The notes under the pieces were generated by a model. It did not search any database. It was not told the origin of the DNA and was given only the letters and a program-made list of their open reading frames with translations. Both the position numbers and the translations under genes were made by a program. From assembly GCA_000002435.2 (NCBI GenBank), contig CM018793.1: DNA of 64,000 bases; one strand, given 5' to 3'. Shown here in pieces: positions 40,701 through 50,964 of the stretch; within the stretch, counting starts at the first letter, position 1, and every line of letters begins with the position of its first letter. The stretch is from Giardia intestinalis. Lineage: Eukaryota.

Positions 40701-43700
40701 GCAAGGCACATATACTATCGACCCAAAAGCTGCCTCGTGCACAGAAGCCAGGGACAAGGACATGAGGAAAACTGCCTCGCGACTGCGCCTATCAGAACGT
40801 CGTAGGGCTCTTTTCCAGCTAGTGCAGGATCAGCGTAAGCTGGAGGCAGCAATCTACGCTTCAGAATTTGGTGGTTTATGGGGATCAAACGCTCTCTATT
40901 TGCAAATATATGCACTTGCAGAGAAGCTAGCGACGGAAGACGGTATAATGGCCGGTATTCCTTTCTCGTTTTATATTCGCTCTTTGCGGATAATCACTTT
41001 GGGGGCTTGTGATGAGTGTGGGAACAGCTTCCTCAATGGAAAGGGAGTGCAGCTATCCTCGCATGGATATCTGCATATAGCCTCATTAGACTTCTTGCTA
41101 CAGGCATATGTGCAGTATTTGCAATTCGAAGCGGCCAGCACTCTGAGATCTTTAGCAATTCATACGTCTATTACAGCAAAGTCATATCCCGCAGACATTA
41201 TAGATACCACGGATGCCTTGGACACTAAGGATATTAAGGACACAAGCACATCGCTACGAGAAGCATTCTTCAAGAGATGGAGGCTAATATGGAGGGCGAC
41301 GCTACTGCAATTCAAGGGATACCCGCCATACCTATCTCTTCGCTCAGCCCAAGCCATGAAGGAGCTATTTTATAACATGATATTCACTCACAGAAACGTA
41401 TCTACTCCCGATAAGCCTGGCATGCTCAGTTACGTTAACCCTCTGTTGTGTCTTCTAAACACAAATTCACAGTTCCTAGACATCATGACACTTGCATCTA
41501 CAGCCGCGAATGACAAGAATGGCTTACTGTCGCTTCTCCAGAGCTATCTGGTGGCATTCATGTCTGGCAATCAGAAGGAGCTATTTTCTGTCTCAGCTAT
41601 AGAATCTCAGCCAACAAATGTCTATTTCGATATGCCTATCTTTGTCGTATTCTTTTCGTTGACAATTATTTCCATTTTAGAGTTCAAGCCCTCTTTCGCA
41701 CCTGGCAGCCTTCTGTCGGAGTTCACCAGACTTACTACTTTCTCGCCTATTACCGACGCAACCACATCTGCAGGACTACTATTTTATTCTGCAAATGACT
41801 TAAGCCACCACTATATTAGTCCAATGAGCAAGACAAAGAAGCATATATCTTTAACACTATTGAATTGCATGGCTCTCGGTATGCTGTCCAGGAAGGAGGA
41901 CGCCTCTAACGCCCAGATAATAGGCAACAACGCCACGTCATCGAGCGCAGCAACATTCATAGCAAATCGTGATGCATACAAAGCGCTGCAAGGCTCGACT
42001 TGTGATACCCTTGACAAGTGGCTGTCTACTAAAGTCTTAGCCACAAGCAAAATATCATCTCTATCGTTTCAATCAGGATCTAATACCCAGCATGATGTGC
42101 GAGGAAAACGCAAACCTGCGCGTTATATGAAATCATTAAGCTACCAGCACAAGCGATCACCACCGCCGTCGCGTGCACTCGAGCCACATCATTCGCAGAA
42201 TATTGACGATATATTGCTGTCTTCGTTCTATATTGATGATGAGAATAGGCTTTATAGGAGCTTTCTTCGTAACCCCGGTCTTTCCTTGCGTCTTTCTAGG
42301 CTTCAGCGAACTCAGTACTTTGGACTGGCAACATTAAATACTATACTGGAGATGGAGGACATCATTGAGCGCATGTTTGTTACAGTTAACTATAGCGTCT
42401 CAGATCTTATTCTCATATACTTCATGGCACACTCTTTCGATCATACAAGTAGAAAGGCTAATCTGTCCTATATTTACGACTCGGACGCGGTTCTAAACTA
42501 CCGATGCCCAATATCTTCTTTTGGAACGGCCAACATGCCACCTATCTACTATCTTGTGGAGACGGGACAAGATGAAGTCTTTATGCTGCTTATGGAACGA
42601 GTGATATCAGCACTTTCTTATAGAAACCACCTTTCTACCTTAGAGGAGAACTCCACCTCTACCGCCAGCGATTGTCCTGTCCTTCCCGAAGAGTTTTGTG
42701 GATATTCCTTTTCACTGGCCGAAGATATGGTCCTGAAAGTAGACCATGAAGATAGTGACGTGGTGTTAGAGGCTGATTCTAATTCACCACTTCTAACGTA
42801 CTTGGCGGCACGACGAAAGGCCAGACTAGGACCATCCTCTGATCTAGATTTGGATGCGTTTGTTACCCCTAGTACAATCTCCTTCGGTGGAACTCACAAG
42901 ATAGCAATCTATGAGGCTCAAGCAAAGATCTTGAATATCCCCTTATCTAGAGCCGAGATTGATGCCCTCTATACCGCCAAAACGTTATCTAAACAAGAAA
43001 TTGAAACCTGCCTGAACCCCCTGTGGGCAAACATAGTTGGATCCACCAAGCTACTGCGCAGTAGTATTGATAGCTTGGTCCACTGCTGCTACAAAGGAGA
43101 GACGCTGCTTCATGCTGCATCTAAGAGGGATCACCTACATATTATTGAGCTAATTCTATTAATTTTTCCAGTAGATTGTTATGATCTATTACGCTCTTTT
43201 TATGCAGCTCTTCTGAATCACTCGTCGGGCGCTCTTCGTCTCTTTCTTCCCAGTCCACTTCATCCATCTCTTGAAGGTGTTAGAGATATAGCAGCAGATA
43301 TAAAAGAGGGCATTTCCACAATCACCACAGAGACTCCGGAGTGCAAGTACTTACTGAAGCACTCCATAGCCGCTGCCTCTGCTCTCTCTGATATGTCTAA
43401 TATTCTACTGAACTCGTTTTCGTACGATGTCAATCCGCTCTTGAAACTTGGCTCAGGCGAGTCTCCTTTCTCGCCTTTAGCCAACCATGAACAGCTAGCC
43501 GATAAGCTTCAAGAGTTCCAGCAGCTCGTCTCATCCAGTCAGTATTACTCCTTTCTTGCATGGGCACACCTTGTTAGGACATTGCGGCCATTCTGCTCTG
43601 GCACTACAGGCGGTGTCTCCTGCTTACACTGTCATCATGCTAAGTCGAGCCCCTGCAAGAAGAGCAATCTCCTTAAATATCTGTCGTTCGCGAAGACTCA

Positions 43701-46251
43701 CTCAGCTACGAGTGAAAAGACTGAGAAAAGGCACCAGCTATCTACCATGCAAAAATTGCTTGCCCAGCAATGCTACTTTTCCGGTCACTCTCTCCATGGA
43801 TGCATAGATTTACTGCTAAGCGCTAACATAGATATACGGATATGTGCCATGCAAAATATGGAACTATATAATATGCTCAGCACATTCAACAGAGCTTTTG
43901 TTATGGAACAACTGCCAATTAAAACGTCCGAGCAGCGGACAGAAATCTCTTACCCAGACCCCATAGTCTTGTTGAAATATCTTTCATATGTTTACCAAGT
44001 ATTTGGTACAAGAGGATTGCCGAGTAGCAATAATAATCTGAATAGTATAGTCTTTGATCGCTTCTGCACTCCTATGTCAACGCCCTTGATTATGGCAGCC
44101 CAGTATGGAAGTCCTGTTTGTCATATACTTTGCGCCATCATAAACTCTCTGACAAAGTCTACCACTGCTGAAAGGGTGCTCAGCAATCCAAGTACACTGA
44201 GCGCATACGTCAATCATAGAGATGCATATGGACTCACCGCCCTTCATCATGCAACTATTCTGTTCATTCGAGCATTTGTTTCCATCATCAAGCATAGCCT
44301 TTCACCTATCATCTCACTAGGTCTTAGCCTTACAGCCTCTTTCCCAGCCATACATAAACCAGAAACGGTAATCTTTGATCATGAATTTGCTTGTAGTATC
44401 TTGGCCCTGTCACGGGCAAATGTTAAGGCCCTAATGCTGGCTGGAGCTGACCCTGGAATACCCGATGCCACAGGAGTGCGCTGCTGTGATAGACTCATTG
44501 CTATGTTGCTAGAGATGAATATGATACTGTTTCCACCAGAGTATGTAGTTGAGCGCTTTCATAAGGATCAGCCGACTGACATACTTATGCATCTAATACT
44601 GTGGTCAGAGAAGCACCACAAGCCTTCGCGTAGTGATGCAACTTTGAACCCTGACTCTTCTTTGACCGTTCGCATACCAATCTTAATCGAGGCTAAACAC
44701 GTTAATTGGAGAGAGGAATTAGTGAAACTACAGCTCAGACAATTGCAAAGATCTGGACACCTTACAAAGGATGTGTTGTCTACTGATCGCACATCTCCAC
44801 CACTAGCCCTTGATCTACGTGTCCAGATTAGCGTTGAGGTGCACCCGAAAATCTCTTCTGTATCCTCTGCCATGCAGGTCATAATACAATCCAATTGTAC
44901 CCGTGTGATCTCCGAACTGTCTATCGTGCTATCAATATTCCTCGGGCTTCCCGAATATCAAGATCGCAACCAGGCCTTTTCTAATGATATCATTACCACA
45001 TCCACTACCACCTTCATTCCTACCCCTGCGGAGATTGTTCCTCTCCCTTTTTGTAGTGTTAGTGCAGAGGGCATTCAGCACTATCTCGAACTCTGGTCCT
45101 CAGTGCCGGTCTTGGAGATAACGAAGCAGCCACCCCTCTCTTCACCTATGCCACCTATGCCAATGCAAGAACTACTTCTTTGGGCATACAGTCTGTACTC
45201 TGTCTATGGTCTCCGGGACTGTAGGTTCATTGACGAGTTTCATTCTAAATGGGCCACGACAGGTAACGCTTTCATTCCGTGGGATACTCAGGTGTACAGT
45301 TCCGACGCATCTGCAGAGGAAACCGTTACTTGTTCATCAGCTACAATACCTGCAGTTGACCAGCTGCCGCCTCTACTGCACTCTCTCTCACTAGAGTCTG
45401 CTATCGGCAGACTAGCACTTGGGGACAGTAGGGTGGTATACACTCGGAAATATAATTTAAAATTTTACAATAATCAATCTAATTGTCAATATTTTTCTGT
45501 ACATAGATTTAGAAATCAGGTGTGGAGGCGGATATTGGGGAACTTAAGAGCTAAGCCTTCAATATGTAATGAAAGCGTACACATCCAACACATAGACTTA
45601 GACAAGACAGGGTCTGCCATAGTCGATACCATAACGATGTCCGTGTCGCACACACTACTTCAGAGCTCACTACTGGACTTTCCGAACCAGATGCTATCCA
45701 CTGCAGACATCTTCACTCTTCTCAAGGAGTCCTTAGTTATATGCTTCCATGAAGAGGAAGCGTGTATAGAGTCTGAAGGCCGTGACTCACTGTGCGCCAC
45801 TGTTACCTACAGAGATGTACTCGGTCTTTCTAGCTCAGCTGACGACTCCGTTCTTCTGGATCTTCGAACGATATTTCGTCGTGCTAGGGTGCTCTCTATT
45901 TTGGCTGACAACATCTGCCCGCGATCGACTCTTCTATTCTGTTCGCCCGATGATCTGTGCTTCCCATCTGCGTGGATGCTGTCTCAGTGTTTCGCGGGGT
46001 CGAAGGTGTTCCTTGAGTCACTTTACTCAAGCAACTGCAACAACGATCTAGCGGAGGGCATAGACGAACTGTACGCTCCAAAGATTCCTCTGTTGGACGC
46101 TATGATTGATAGAACACTCCAGTCTACCAAAATATGTTCCACCCTCTTTGACGGCAGAGTCACAGAGGAAGCGGAGCCCGTAGACAAAAGAACTGTACTG
46201 TTCACACCGAATCGGCTAGGCTTCGCTAGGCTGCAAAATAAACACATTTAG
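37747..46251 (+). CDS. Giant hypothetical protein (about 2834 aa)
   Basis: Uninterrupted 8.5-kb ORF. A few ankyrin-like stretches occur (ETLLHAASKRDHLHIIELIL; LTALHHATILFIRAF). I saw no catalytic motifs. The true ATG is at 37747; the track's first codon is a TTG. Confidence 0.7.
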   Translation: MKPRSSRSDVHPKKDLVYPNPFWPPTGACCLQSPFSLDYQDAMLLLFRALERAVNLPILRMDDMAACYTVAFQRLSLLSLDHDKLNISFTDPDSDADLRMKKSASDAISSEGPISFSNAIPLRRSTLQVLTSNPLDLLNLATQFYDFLKFQTRLHSEILALIYCIHRIQTWSNSSSAQESNASFRKRSHEYFSSYLSTSLQNINTMIRDCPLLVDAYLSKMVCISLLRCLEPQIDTGHKDMLKELLGVANSGIENGSVLLALYDQVEYYSTNEFTGVYSESYLMHLTNTMKSLTHGLLLGWHTLRAYRVNLLRQLGRFDDACTEARELIKLTITTMQGEKHLSASLCTCVSDTLTLEPLDPIMFVAQQTNFVPVHSKGYNGFVQLPPPFQLELDNSLSSFSSQNAMGNTTTIKFPSLRDIYMSSPIGTSLPPEPESSNSNDPVNTSINVPINVDQSASFTDKMSSRQKTNAQAANTKAKDLSHKGRSLSDTSNMGCPIHSASSKHLDYRLTYLLAVLEAGYDDEAFEYLMSGVFRSRLFSRLKANLDYGTIYTTPKKSDYIRFEVQNDEKYHYHTTATSVNPSPVHYPTYYRHYSEGLNHKCVDDYFANGPQPVCKDCTKRTSHGARPHFVVRNDGAYNQYTMHSFLARHNKLLTNILYQRAYKHINHMFTSKHGTIHNRKPLSKLSLGRLKPSTNFVHNLRMSFDPKLLTIINCYFSSQIRGPLSRILFYGPYYQFRCTSDKPYTSFEDIQDVIDIISSSSHHAEQLQAQAIWFNYHAHNNQVGTTTPVSYSIIDSPASIFLCTSETKATNSLLRTTPLTTTVTTYTLLFLLLKRRATWANKLAQSIFAERMLGCNCARSSMLFKRSMNVMDLAMAWPKKCLHLKIMPSMLLTDLGVRPAIPSTKLLQLAFSTNPYVVEYLLAKAVLPSKVALYGLTLLFDASACEDPDCLLVAQYPNEDLQLSTYRHAVRAWQDRYCRSSEEKQGTYTIDPKAASCTEARDKDMRKTASRLRLSERRRALFQLVQDQRKLEAAIYASEFGGLWGSNALYLQIYALAEKLATEDGIMAGIPFSFYIRSLRIITLGACDECGNSFLNGKGVQLSSHGYLHIASLDFLLQAYVQYLQFEAASTLRSLAIHTSITAKSYPADIIDTTDALDTKDIKDTSTSLREAFFKRWRLIWRATLLQFKGYPPYLSLRSAQAMKELFYNMIFTHRNVSTPDKPGMLSYVNPLLCLLNTNSQFLDIMTLASTAANDKNGLLSLLQSYLVAFMSGNQKELFSVSAIESQPTNVYFDMPIFVVFFSLTIISILEFKPSFAPGSLLSEFTRLTTFSPITDATTSAGLLFYSANDLSHHYISPMSKTKKHISLTLLNCMALGMLSRKEDASNAQIIGNNATSSSAATFIANRDAYKALQGSTCDTLDKWLSTKVLATSKISSLSFQSGSNTQHDVRGKRKPARYMKSLSYQHKRSPPPSRALEPHHSQNIDDILLSSFYIDDENRLYRSFLRNPGLSLRLSRLQRTQYFGLATLNTILEMEDIIERMFVTVNYSVSDLILIYFMAHSFDHTSRKANLSYIYDSDAVLNYRCPISSFGTANMPPIYYLVETGQDEVFMLLMERVISALSYRNHLSTLEENSTSTASDCPVLPEEFCGYSFSLAEDMVLKVDHEDSDVVLEADSNSPLLTYLAARRKARLGPSSDLDLDAFVTPSTISFGGTHKIAIYEAQAKILNIPLSRAEIDALYTAKTLSKQEIETCLNPLWANIVGSTKLLRSSIDSLVHCCYKGETLLHAASKRDHLHIIELILLIFPVDCYDLLRSFYAALLNHSSGALRLFLPSPLHPSLEGVRDIAADIKEGISTITTETPECKYLLKHSIAAASALSDMSNILLNSFSYDVNPLLKLGSGESPFSPLANHEQLADKLQEFQQLVSSSQYYSFLAWAHLVRTLRPFCSGTTGGVSCLHCHHAKSSPCKKSNLLKYLSFAKTHSATSEKTEKRHQLSTMQKLLAQQCYFSGHSLHGCIDLLLSANIDIRICAMQNMELYNMLSTFNRAFVMEQLPIKTSEQRTEISYPDPIVLLKYLSYVYQVFGTRGLPSSNNNLNSIVFDRFCTPMSTPLIMAAQYGSPVCHILCAIINSLTKSTTAERVLSNPSTLSAYVNHRDAYGLTALHHATILFIRAFVSIIKHSLSPIISLGLSLTASFPAIHKPETVIFDHEFACSILALSRANVKALMLAGADPGIPDATGVRCCDRLIAMLLEMNMILFPPEYVVERFHKDQPTDILMHLILWSEKHHKPSRSDATLNPDSSLTVRIPILIEAKHVNWREELVKLQLRQLQRSGHLTKDVLSTDRTSPPLALDLRVQISVEVHPKISSVSSAMQVIIQSNCTRVISELSIVLSIFLGLPEYQDRNQAFSNDIITTSTTTFIPTPAEIVPLPFCSVSAEGIQHYLELWSSVPVLEITKQPPLSSPMPPMPMQELLLWAYSLYSVYGLRDCRFIDEFHSKWATTGNAFIPWDTQVYSSDASAEETVTCSSATIPAVDQLPPLLHSLSLESAIGRLALGDSRVVYTRKYNLKFYNNQSNCQYFSVHRFRNQVWRRILGNLRAKPSICNESVHIQHIDLDKTGSAIVDTITMSVSHTLLQSSLLDFPNQMLSTADIFTLLKESLVICFHEEEACIESEGRDSLCATVTYRDVLGLSSSADDSVLLDLRTIFRRARVLSILADNICPRSTLLFCSPDDLCFPSAWMLSQCFAGSKVFLESLYSSNCNNDLAEGIDELYAPKIPLLDAMIDRTLQSTKICSTLFDGRVTEEAEPVDKRTVLFTPNRLGFARLQNKHI

Positions 46252-46271
46252 CCGGACATAGACACCGAAAC

Positions 46272-47231
46272 TTAGTTTTTGTACACCGAAGACGCATCTT
46301 GGTCCATCTGAGGGAACATGACTGCTTGATATGGCTGGCCGAAGCCAGCGCCAGGGGGCACACCCATTACCGGCTGACCACTGCCAGCAGCCGGGAGCCA
46401 ATACATTAACCACTGGTATGGTACCGATGGATGATTTAAGAATCCAGGGCCTGCAACTGGCGTCTGAAGAGACAGCTGTTGCCATGCAGTAGGCACAACT
46501 GGCCCCTGGCTTGGAGCTGGCGAGGTAGAGGCAGCAGCAGCAGCAGTTGCCGTTGCAGCGGTCGTGGGGGGAGAGAAGGCCGAAAGGCCCACTGGAAACA
46601 CCGGCTGCGAGACCATTTGGGAAGAGGAAAAAGGTGGTTGTTGTGTAAACGAGTTCGTCGCCGGCTGATCAGCTGAGTTGGCAGTACCGTCAGTCGCAAG
46701 GGCAGCAAGAGTCGGCTTCTGATCGGCCGGATGTTGCCTCGTTTTTGACACAATAGAAACCGCGTGACGCTTAGTAGGAAGCGTAATTTTCTTGCGGCTC
46801 AGAATACGCTGTATGTCACGGCTTCTGAGCATGTTGTTGTAAGTCATCATAATCTCCTGTCGAGGATACTTGGACTCAAATAGATTACGAATTGTAAGTT
46901 GAAAACCATCCTCTAAAATTGTTTGAGTCTCAATCCCCTGGATAATAGCGTCCTTAATTATTTTCTTGTCTTCTGCTGACATCTTAATACCGGATATGCG
47001 ACGCAGATGCGTTTCGTTATACCAATGATAGACACTTGCGCGGGTCATGCCCAAATCCTTAGCGATACTTGGCCAGTTAACACGCATTTTGGAAACATAA
47101 CTATGAAGCGTTACCGGATTTTTAATAAGCTGCTCCATCGAGTGCTGGGGATCTAGCGTGGCGATGACTTGTACAGCAAGGGCACGCAATACTGCACGAT
47201 GAACATCGTTATAATCATCCGGTACAAGCAT
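46272..47231 (-). CDS. Putative Myb-like/helix-turn-helix DNA-binding protein with a Q/P/A-rich C-terminal low-complexity region
   Basis: NWPSIAKDLGMTRASVYHWYNETHLRR resembles a Myb/SANT third helix (W..IA..L..RT…W…L). The C-terminal 130 aa are a P/Q/A/T-rich tract (…TTAATATAAAAASTSPAPSQGP…). The track ORF starts at a TTG; the true ATG at 47231 is preceded by TTGAATTGAAAAAA. Confidence 0.45.
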   Translation of the reverse strand: MLVPDDYNDVHRAVLRALAVQVIATLDPQHSMEQLIKNPVTLHSYVSKMRVNWPSIAKDLGMTRASVYHWYNETHLRRISGIKMSAEDKKIIKDAIIQGIETQTILEDGFQLTIRNLFESKYPRQEIMMTYNNMLRSRDIQRILSRKKITLPTKRHAVSIVSKTRQHPADQKPTLAALATDGTANSADQPATNSFTQQPPFSSSQMVSQPVFPVGLSAFSPPTTAATATAAAAASTSPAPSQGPVVPTAWQQLSLQTPVAGPGFLNHPSVPYQWLMYWLPAAGSGQPVMGVPPGAGFGQPYQAVMFPQMDQDASSVYKN

Positions 47232-47360
47232 TTTTTTCAATTCAAGACCGTTAATATATTTTGTGGTCTTTAACAGTCAATGTGCCCTAGAAGCCGCTAT
47301 CCCGTTAAAGCGCCTCTTTCAGTTTATAACCGAGCAAAAAGCTTCGTTCAGGCCCTCGAG

Positions 47361-47390
47361 TCATGTACTAATCATGTACTGTCATGTACT
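47361..47390. repeat. Three copies of TCATGTACT spaced 11 and 10 bp apart (helically phased), about 130-160 bp upstream of the 46272..47231 gene
   Basis: The direct sequence is TCATGTACTAATCATGTACTGTCATGTACT. The motif contains the palindromes CATG and GTAC, and it sits in a 680-bp ORF-free intergenic region. Confidence 0.6.
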
Positions 47391-47909
47391 ATTTGAGTTG
47401 TAATTCGTGCAGTCAAGAAGTCATGACCGGCTCAACCCTCTGCTGTAAATCTCGAAGCATATGTCACCGCGTCGTGTGGTCTTCTTGACCGAGCATCTAA
47501 ATATTTTCGATGACAAACCTTTAGCTAATTTATAAAGGGTTTCTGTTTAGGCAGTATCTTTGGCACGATTCTCCTCTTCGCCCTCTGGGCCCTGTCTATT
47601 TTCCCCTGTCAGAATGGTTTATGTATGGCATATCAAATTTTTGTCAAATTATATAGACCATTCAGCTTAGAATCTTGCTTAAGGAAGTGTGCTTCCGGTC
47701 TAGACGGTGAAGGTTTACTTCGCTAGTATTTACTAGTAATTTCTTTCGGTATAATCTTATGAGATCTCCTACTCTTGAAGAGTACATCTCTTACTTTCGT
47801 TCTTTGCAAAGTGCAAAAGCTTTTGCCTTTCTCTTATGACTGCAGAGGGCTGTAAGGATGGGATGGCCGAAGAGCTTTGAGGAGGTTTTTGGGGGACCTC
47901 GGGCTATGG

Positions 47910-50900
47910 CTATAGCCTCAGAAACAGGTCTGCGCAGCCATAGTCAAGATGCTGTCTTCTTCCGACTGTCCATTCCAGCACTGATACGCTCGACTTTGGA
48001 GGATGCGCCATGTTCTGCGGCTGCAGGCAGGCAGGAGATGAGGCCAATAGTTCATCCATGCTGGGCGCAAAAAGGTCTATAGCCAGTCCACTGTATAGTT
48101 TAGCTGAATCACATGTTAATTTATATGCCTGTCTAACTCTGTGTGCCACATGGAATAGACCTGCAAACAGAAACGAGGAGGCTACGCCAGCTCCAAACCG
48201 ATAATAGAGCGCCTCGAATAGCCCCTGAAAAGCGTCAGAAAGCGTCCTATCACATAAGTCTAAGATGTTGGGGAAGGCCATCGAAATTAGATGGTCCAGC
48301 AGAGGAGACCCTTGCTGAATAGGGACACACGATAGCATCATGCTCTCTGCCACCCGCATACCCATCAAGCGCATAGACCCGTCTCTCTCTGCAAGCGCAT
48401 GCGATGCAACTCCAACCGTACCCTCCAAGAGTGCCATGTATGTGGTGCACCTTGTTTCACAGCTCTCTCTACTGCTCTCAGGCAACATCTGTGTACTTGT
48501 TAGTGATACCATGTTAAATGCGTAGGTTATTGTGCGAAGTATTGACAATTTAATGGCCCGATCCGGTAGTGCGCCATATTGAACGAGCAGGAACGGGAGA
48601 GCAGCACCAACTCCAGCAGAGAGCAAGACTGCAGCAGCTGCATGACACAAGACTAGTCTTGTTGATCTAGAAACAGTACCTTCGGTGATAAAGAGTGCCC
48701 AAAAGAGATCGTGAAGTGGACACACCTTACTTGCCTGTACTACTGCTTCTACTGCTAATTGCTCCAAGACACGAACACTGACGCTCTCTAGTGCATCGGG
48801 AATCAGACGCAAGCATTGAAGGATGTCTGGTCCCATGTTCTCTACCAGACTAGAGTGCAGCTCAAATTTCGAGAGATGCTTGTGTGCCTGAGAACTGACT
48901 GTTTCGAACACCTTATATGTCGCACACAAGTAGCTACATGCATCTTTCTTATCTGCTTTCATCCGCTCAGAAATCATGGTCTCGTGGATCTGGGCACATA
49001 TAACAGGTAGAAACGACACCAGTGGCCGTATCTGAGTGTGCGAAAAGGAGATGCCAGAGTTCATGATATCTACTAGGAGCTCACACACGATACTGAACCG
49101 CAATGCATCTGTGTCTGGCCTGAGGAGTTGAAATTGAGAAGCTATGAGGACAAATGCCCTTTCAAATAGCTCAGCAACCCCACTAATAGTAACATCTTCT
49201 AGGCTCTTTGATTCCACCAATAAGCGCAAGTAGATGGACAAGGGACCCAGGTACTGCGCAAAATCATTGCTGCACAGGTACTGCCTGAATTGCGGTAAGA
49301 CGTGCTCAACTATGAGCACGCGCAATACACCAGGCGTAAGACTAGCTACACTGATGAGACCCTGATGAATATCATGTAACAGTGAAAGGAATCCGTGATC
49401 AGTCCGGTGAATGGCCAGGATCAGTCTCTCCAGTGATTGTAGGAGCTGGAGAAGGACTGGTTTGGATAATGATTGATGCTTAGTTGAAGAGAAGCGTCGG
49501 AGGGCAAGCATTATTATGGAAAGAAGCGTTTTATCTGATGCTAGGTTGTGCATTTGTCCCTGTCTGCGTCTTAGAAGCAGGAGAAAAGCATTGAAGATAA
49601 TCTCAGGGAACAGAAGCGCAAGGTCTTGGAACACAGATGTAAAATGAAAATAAACATCACCAGGATAGTCTGACTTAGGAAGTAGGCATAGCCCTAAGAT
49701 ATTAGCTCCTTTTCGTTCAAGAAATCCATACACTTTCTCTCTAAAAGACTCGGCAACTGGAGCTATTCTCAAAAAGGCATTGAGAAGGAAGCAAACAGAA
49801 CGGATTCCGTGGGCAGAAAAGACTTGATTAACACTGCTAAATTTGTTACCAAGAGTGTCAATAGCGGACGAGAAAAACGCACAAAGGCGGTAATCCAAAC
49901 CACATATAATGGTGTGTGCATGCACAGACCAGCATATGGCCTCAATGTAAACCAATCCGTGTCTTATTAATGAGTTTGGGTGGGAAGCCAGCGTCACGAA
50001 GTGCTCATGCATTACAGAGATAGCATCTGGCGTTTCCCCTAAGCACAGCAGAATTTTCAGTATCTCTTGTGCCTGAGGGAGAGTTTTATCTAACTTTTGA
50101 CAGAGACAGCTGCACAAAGTCAGGTAGTCAGTCCAGGCAATGGTTGTGACGCAGTTATGACTCTTCAGCATCCAAGTGGTGAAGAAGTGCAGGCCATCGA
50201 TAACAGTTTCGCATGAGAATGAGACAGACTTTGAGAATCCATCATCATCCTTTCTATTGTTCTTAATGAATGTGGTAGTTAGTTCTTGAACAAGCCAATC
50301 AATGAAAAATGGGTTATATGCCTGCTGCATGCGTAGAACAAAGCGGAAGAAGAACGAAGCGTAGAGGTCAATAGCCATCGATGAGTCCGGTCCGGTCTCT
50401 GCCTTAATGCCCTCAAGTTGCTCTTTAATGAAGGATAGAACAAGCGAGATAAACGTGGTCATTGGGGTTGTTGTTTCAAGGACAGTGAAAAGAGTCGCAG
50501 ACAACTTTCCAAAGGTAGCGATGCCAGCCTTACGGTCGAGCCGAGAGAATGCGGTCTTTAAGATGGAAAAGCGAGAAGACTGCCTTACGATATGGTGAAT
50601 GTATTCACGATACGGCAGTTTTTTGCTTATGATGGCAGATAAAAGATCAAGTTGACTATCTATCTTATCGCCAAGTGGGTGCCGGCAAAGTCTTGCTATC
50701 AGCTTCTTAAGAATTTGCATGTGGATATTTGTGCTGCACTCGGGAATATAATCTGCTAGGATGCTGCAGATATCTTTAGAGCTATTGCGGCGAATAAATT
50801 CATCATAAAGGGTGTTTGGGCCCAAGGAGCCATTTTTGGCTTGTAAAGCTGCATCTGTAACAAAAAACCTAACAAGTTTTCCATGGGTGCTACACTTAAG

Positions 50901-50933
50901 TGCTGGTTCGATTGTCGCTGGTCCCGGCAGCAT
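47910..50933 (-). CDS. Large hypothetical protein (1007 aa), predicted helical-repeat (HEAT/ARM-like) character
   Basis: True ATG with initiator GGGAGTTCTTTTTAAA-ATG. Leucine-rich alpha-helical composition throughout. No motif recognised. Confidence 0.65.
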   Translation of the reverse strand: MLPGPATIEPALKCSTHGKLVRFFVTDAALQAKNGSLGPNTLYDEFIRRNSSKDICSILADYIPECSTNIHMQILKKLIARLCRHPLGDKIDSQLDLLSAIISKKLPYREYIHHIVRQSSRFSILKTAFSRLDRKAGIATFGKLSATLFTVLETTTPMTTFISLVLSFIKEQLEGIKAETGPDSSMAIDLYASFFFRFVLRMQQAYNPFFIDWLVQELTTTFIKNNRKDDDGFSKSVSFSCETVIDGLHFFTTWMLKSHNCVTTIAWTDYLTLCSCLCQKLDKTLPQAQEILKILLCLGETPDAISVMHEHFVTLASHPNSLIRHGLVYIEAICWSVHAHTIICGLDYRLCAFFSSAIDTLGNKFSSVNQVFSAHGIRSVCFLLNAFLRIAPVAESFREKVYGFLERKGANILGLCLLPKSDYPGDVYFHFTSVFQDLALLFPEIIFNAFLLLLRRRQGQMHNLASDKTLLSIIMLALRRFSSTKHQSLSKPVLLQLLQSLERLILAIHRTDHGFLSLLHDIHQGLISVASLTPGVLRVLIVEHVLPQFRQYLCSNDFAQYLGPLSIYLRLLVESKSLEDVTISGVAELFERAFVLIASQFQLLRPDTDALRFSIVCELLVDIMNSGISFSHTQIRPLVSFLPVICAQIHETMISERMKADKKDACSYLCATYKVFETVSSQAHKHLSKFELHSSLVENMGPDILQCLRLIPDALESVSVRVLEQLAVEAVVQASKVCPLHDLFWALFITEGTVSRSTRLVLCHAAAAVLLSAGVGAALPFLLVQYGALPDRAIKLSILRTITYAFNMVSLTSTQMLPESSRESCETRCTTYMALLEGTVGVASHALAERDGSMRLMGMRVAESMMLSCVPIQQGSPLLDHLISMAFPNILDLCDRTLSDAFQGLFEALYYRFGAGVASSFLFAGLFHVAHRVRQAYKLTCDSAKLYSGLAIDLFAPSMDELLASSPACLQPQNMAHPPKSSVSVLEWTVGRRQHLDYGCADLFLRL

Positions 50934-50964
50934 TTTAAAAAGAACTCCCTATCGCTCCCCAGGA
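50934..50964. promoter_or_regulatory. Ultra-compact bidirectional promoter: 31 bp between divergent start codons (minus ATG ending 50933, plus ATG at 50965), centred on TTTTAAAAAG
   Basis: The sequence CAT-TTTAAAAAGAACTCCCTATCGCTCCCCAGGA-ATG lies between the two ATGs. The shared AT-rich element can act as an initiator in both orientations. Confidence 0.55.
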
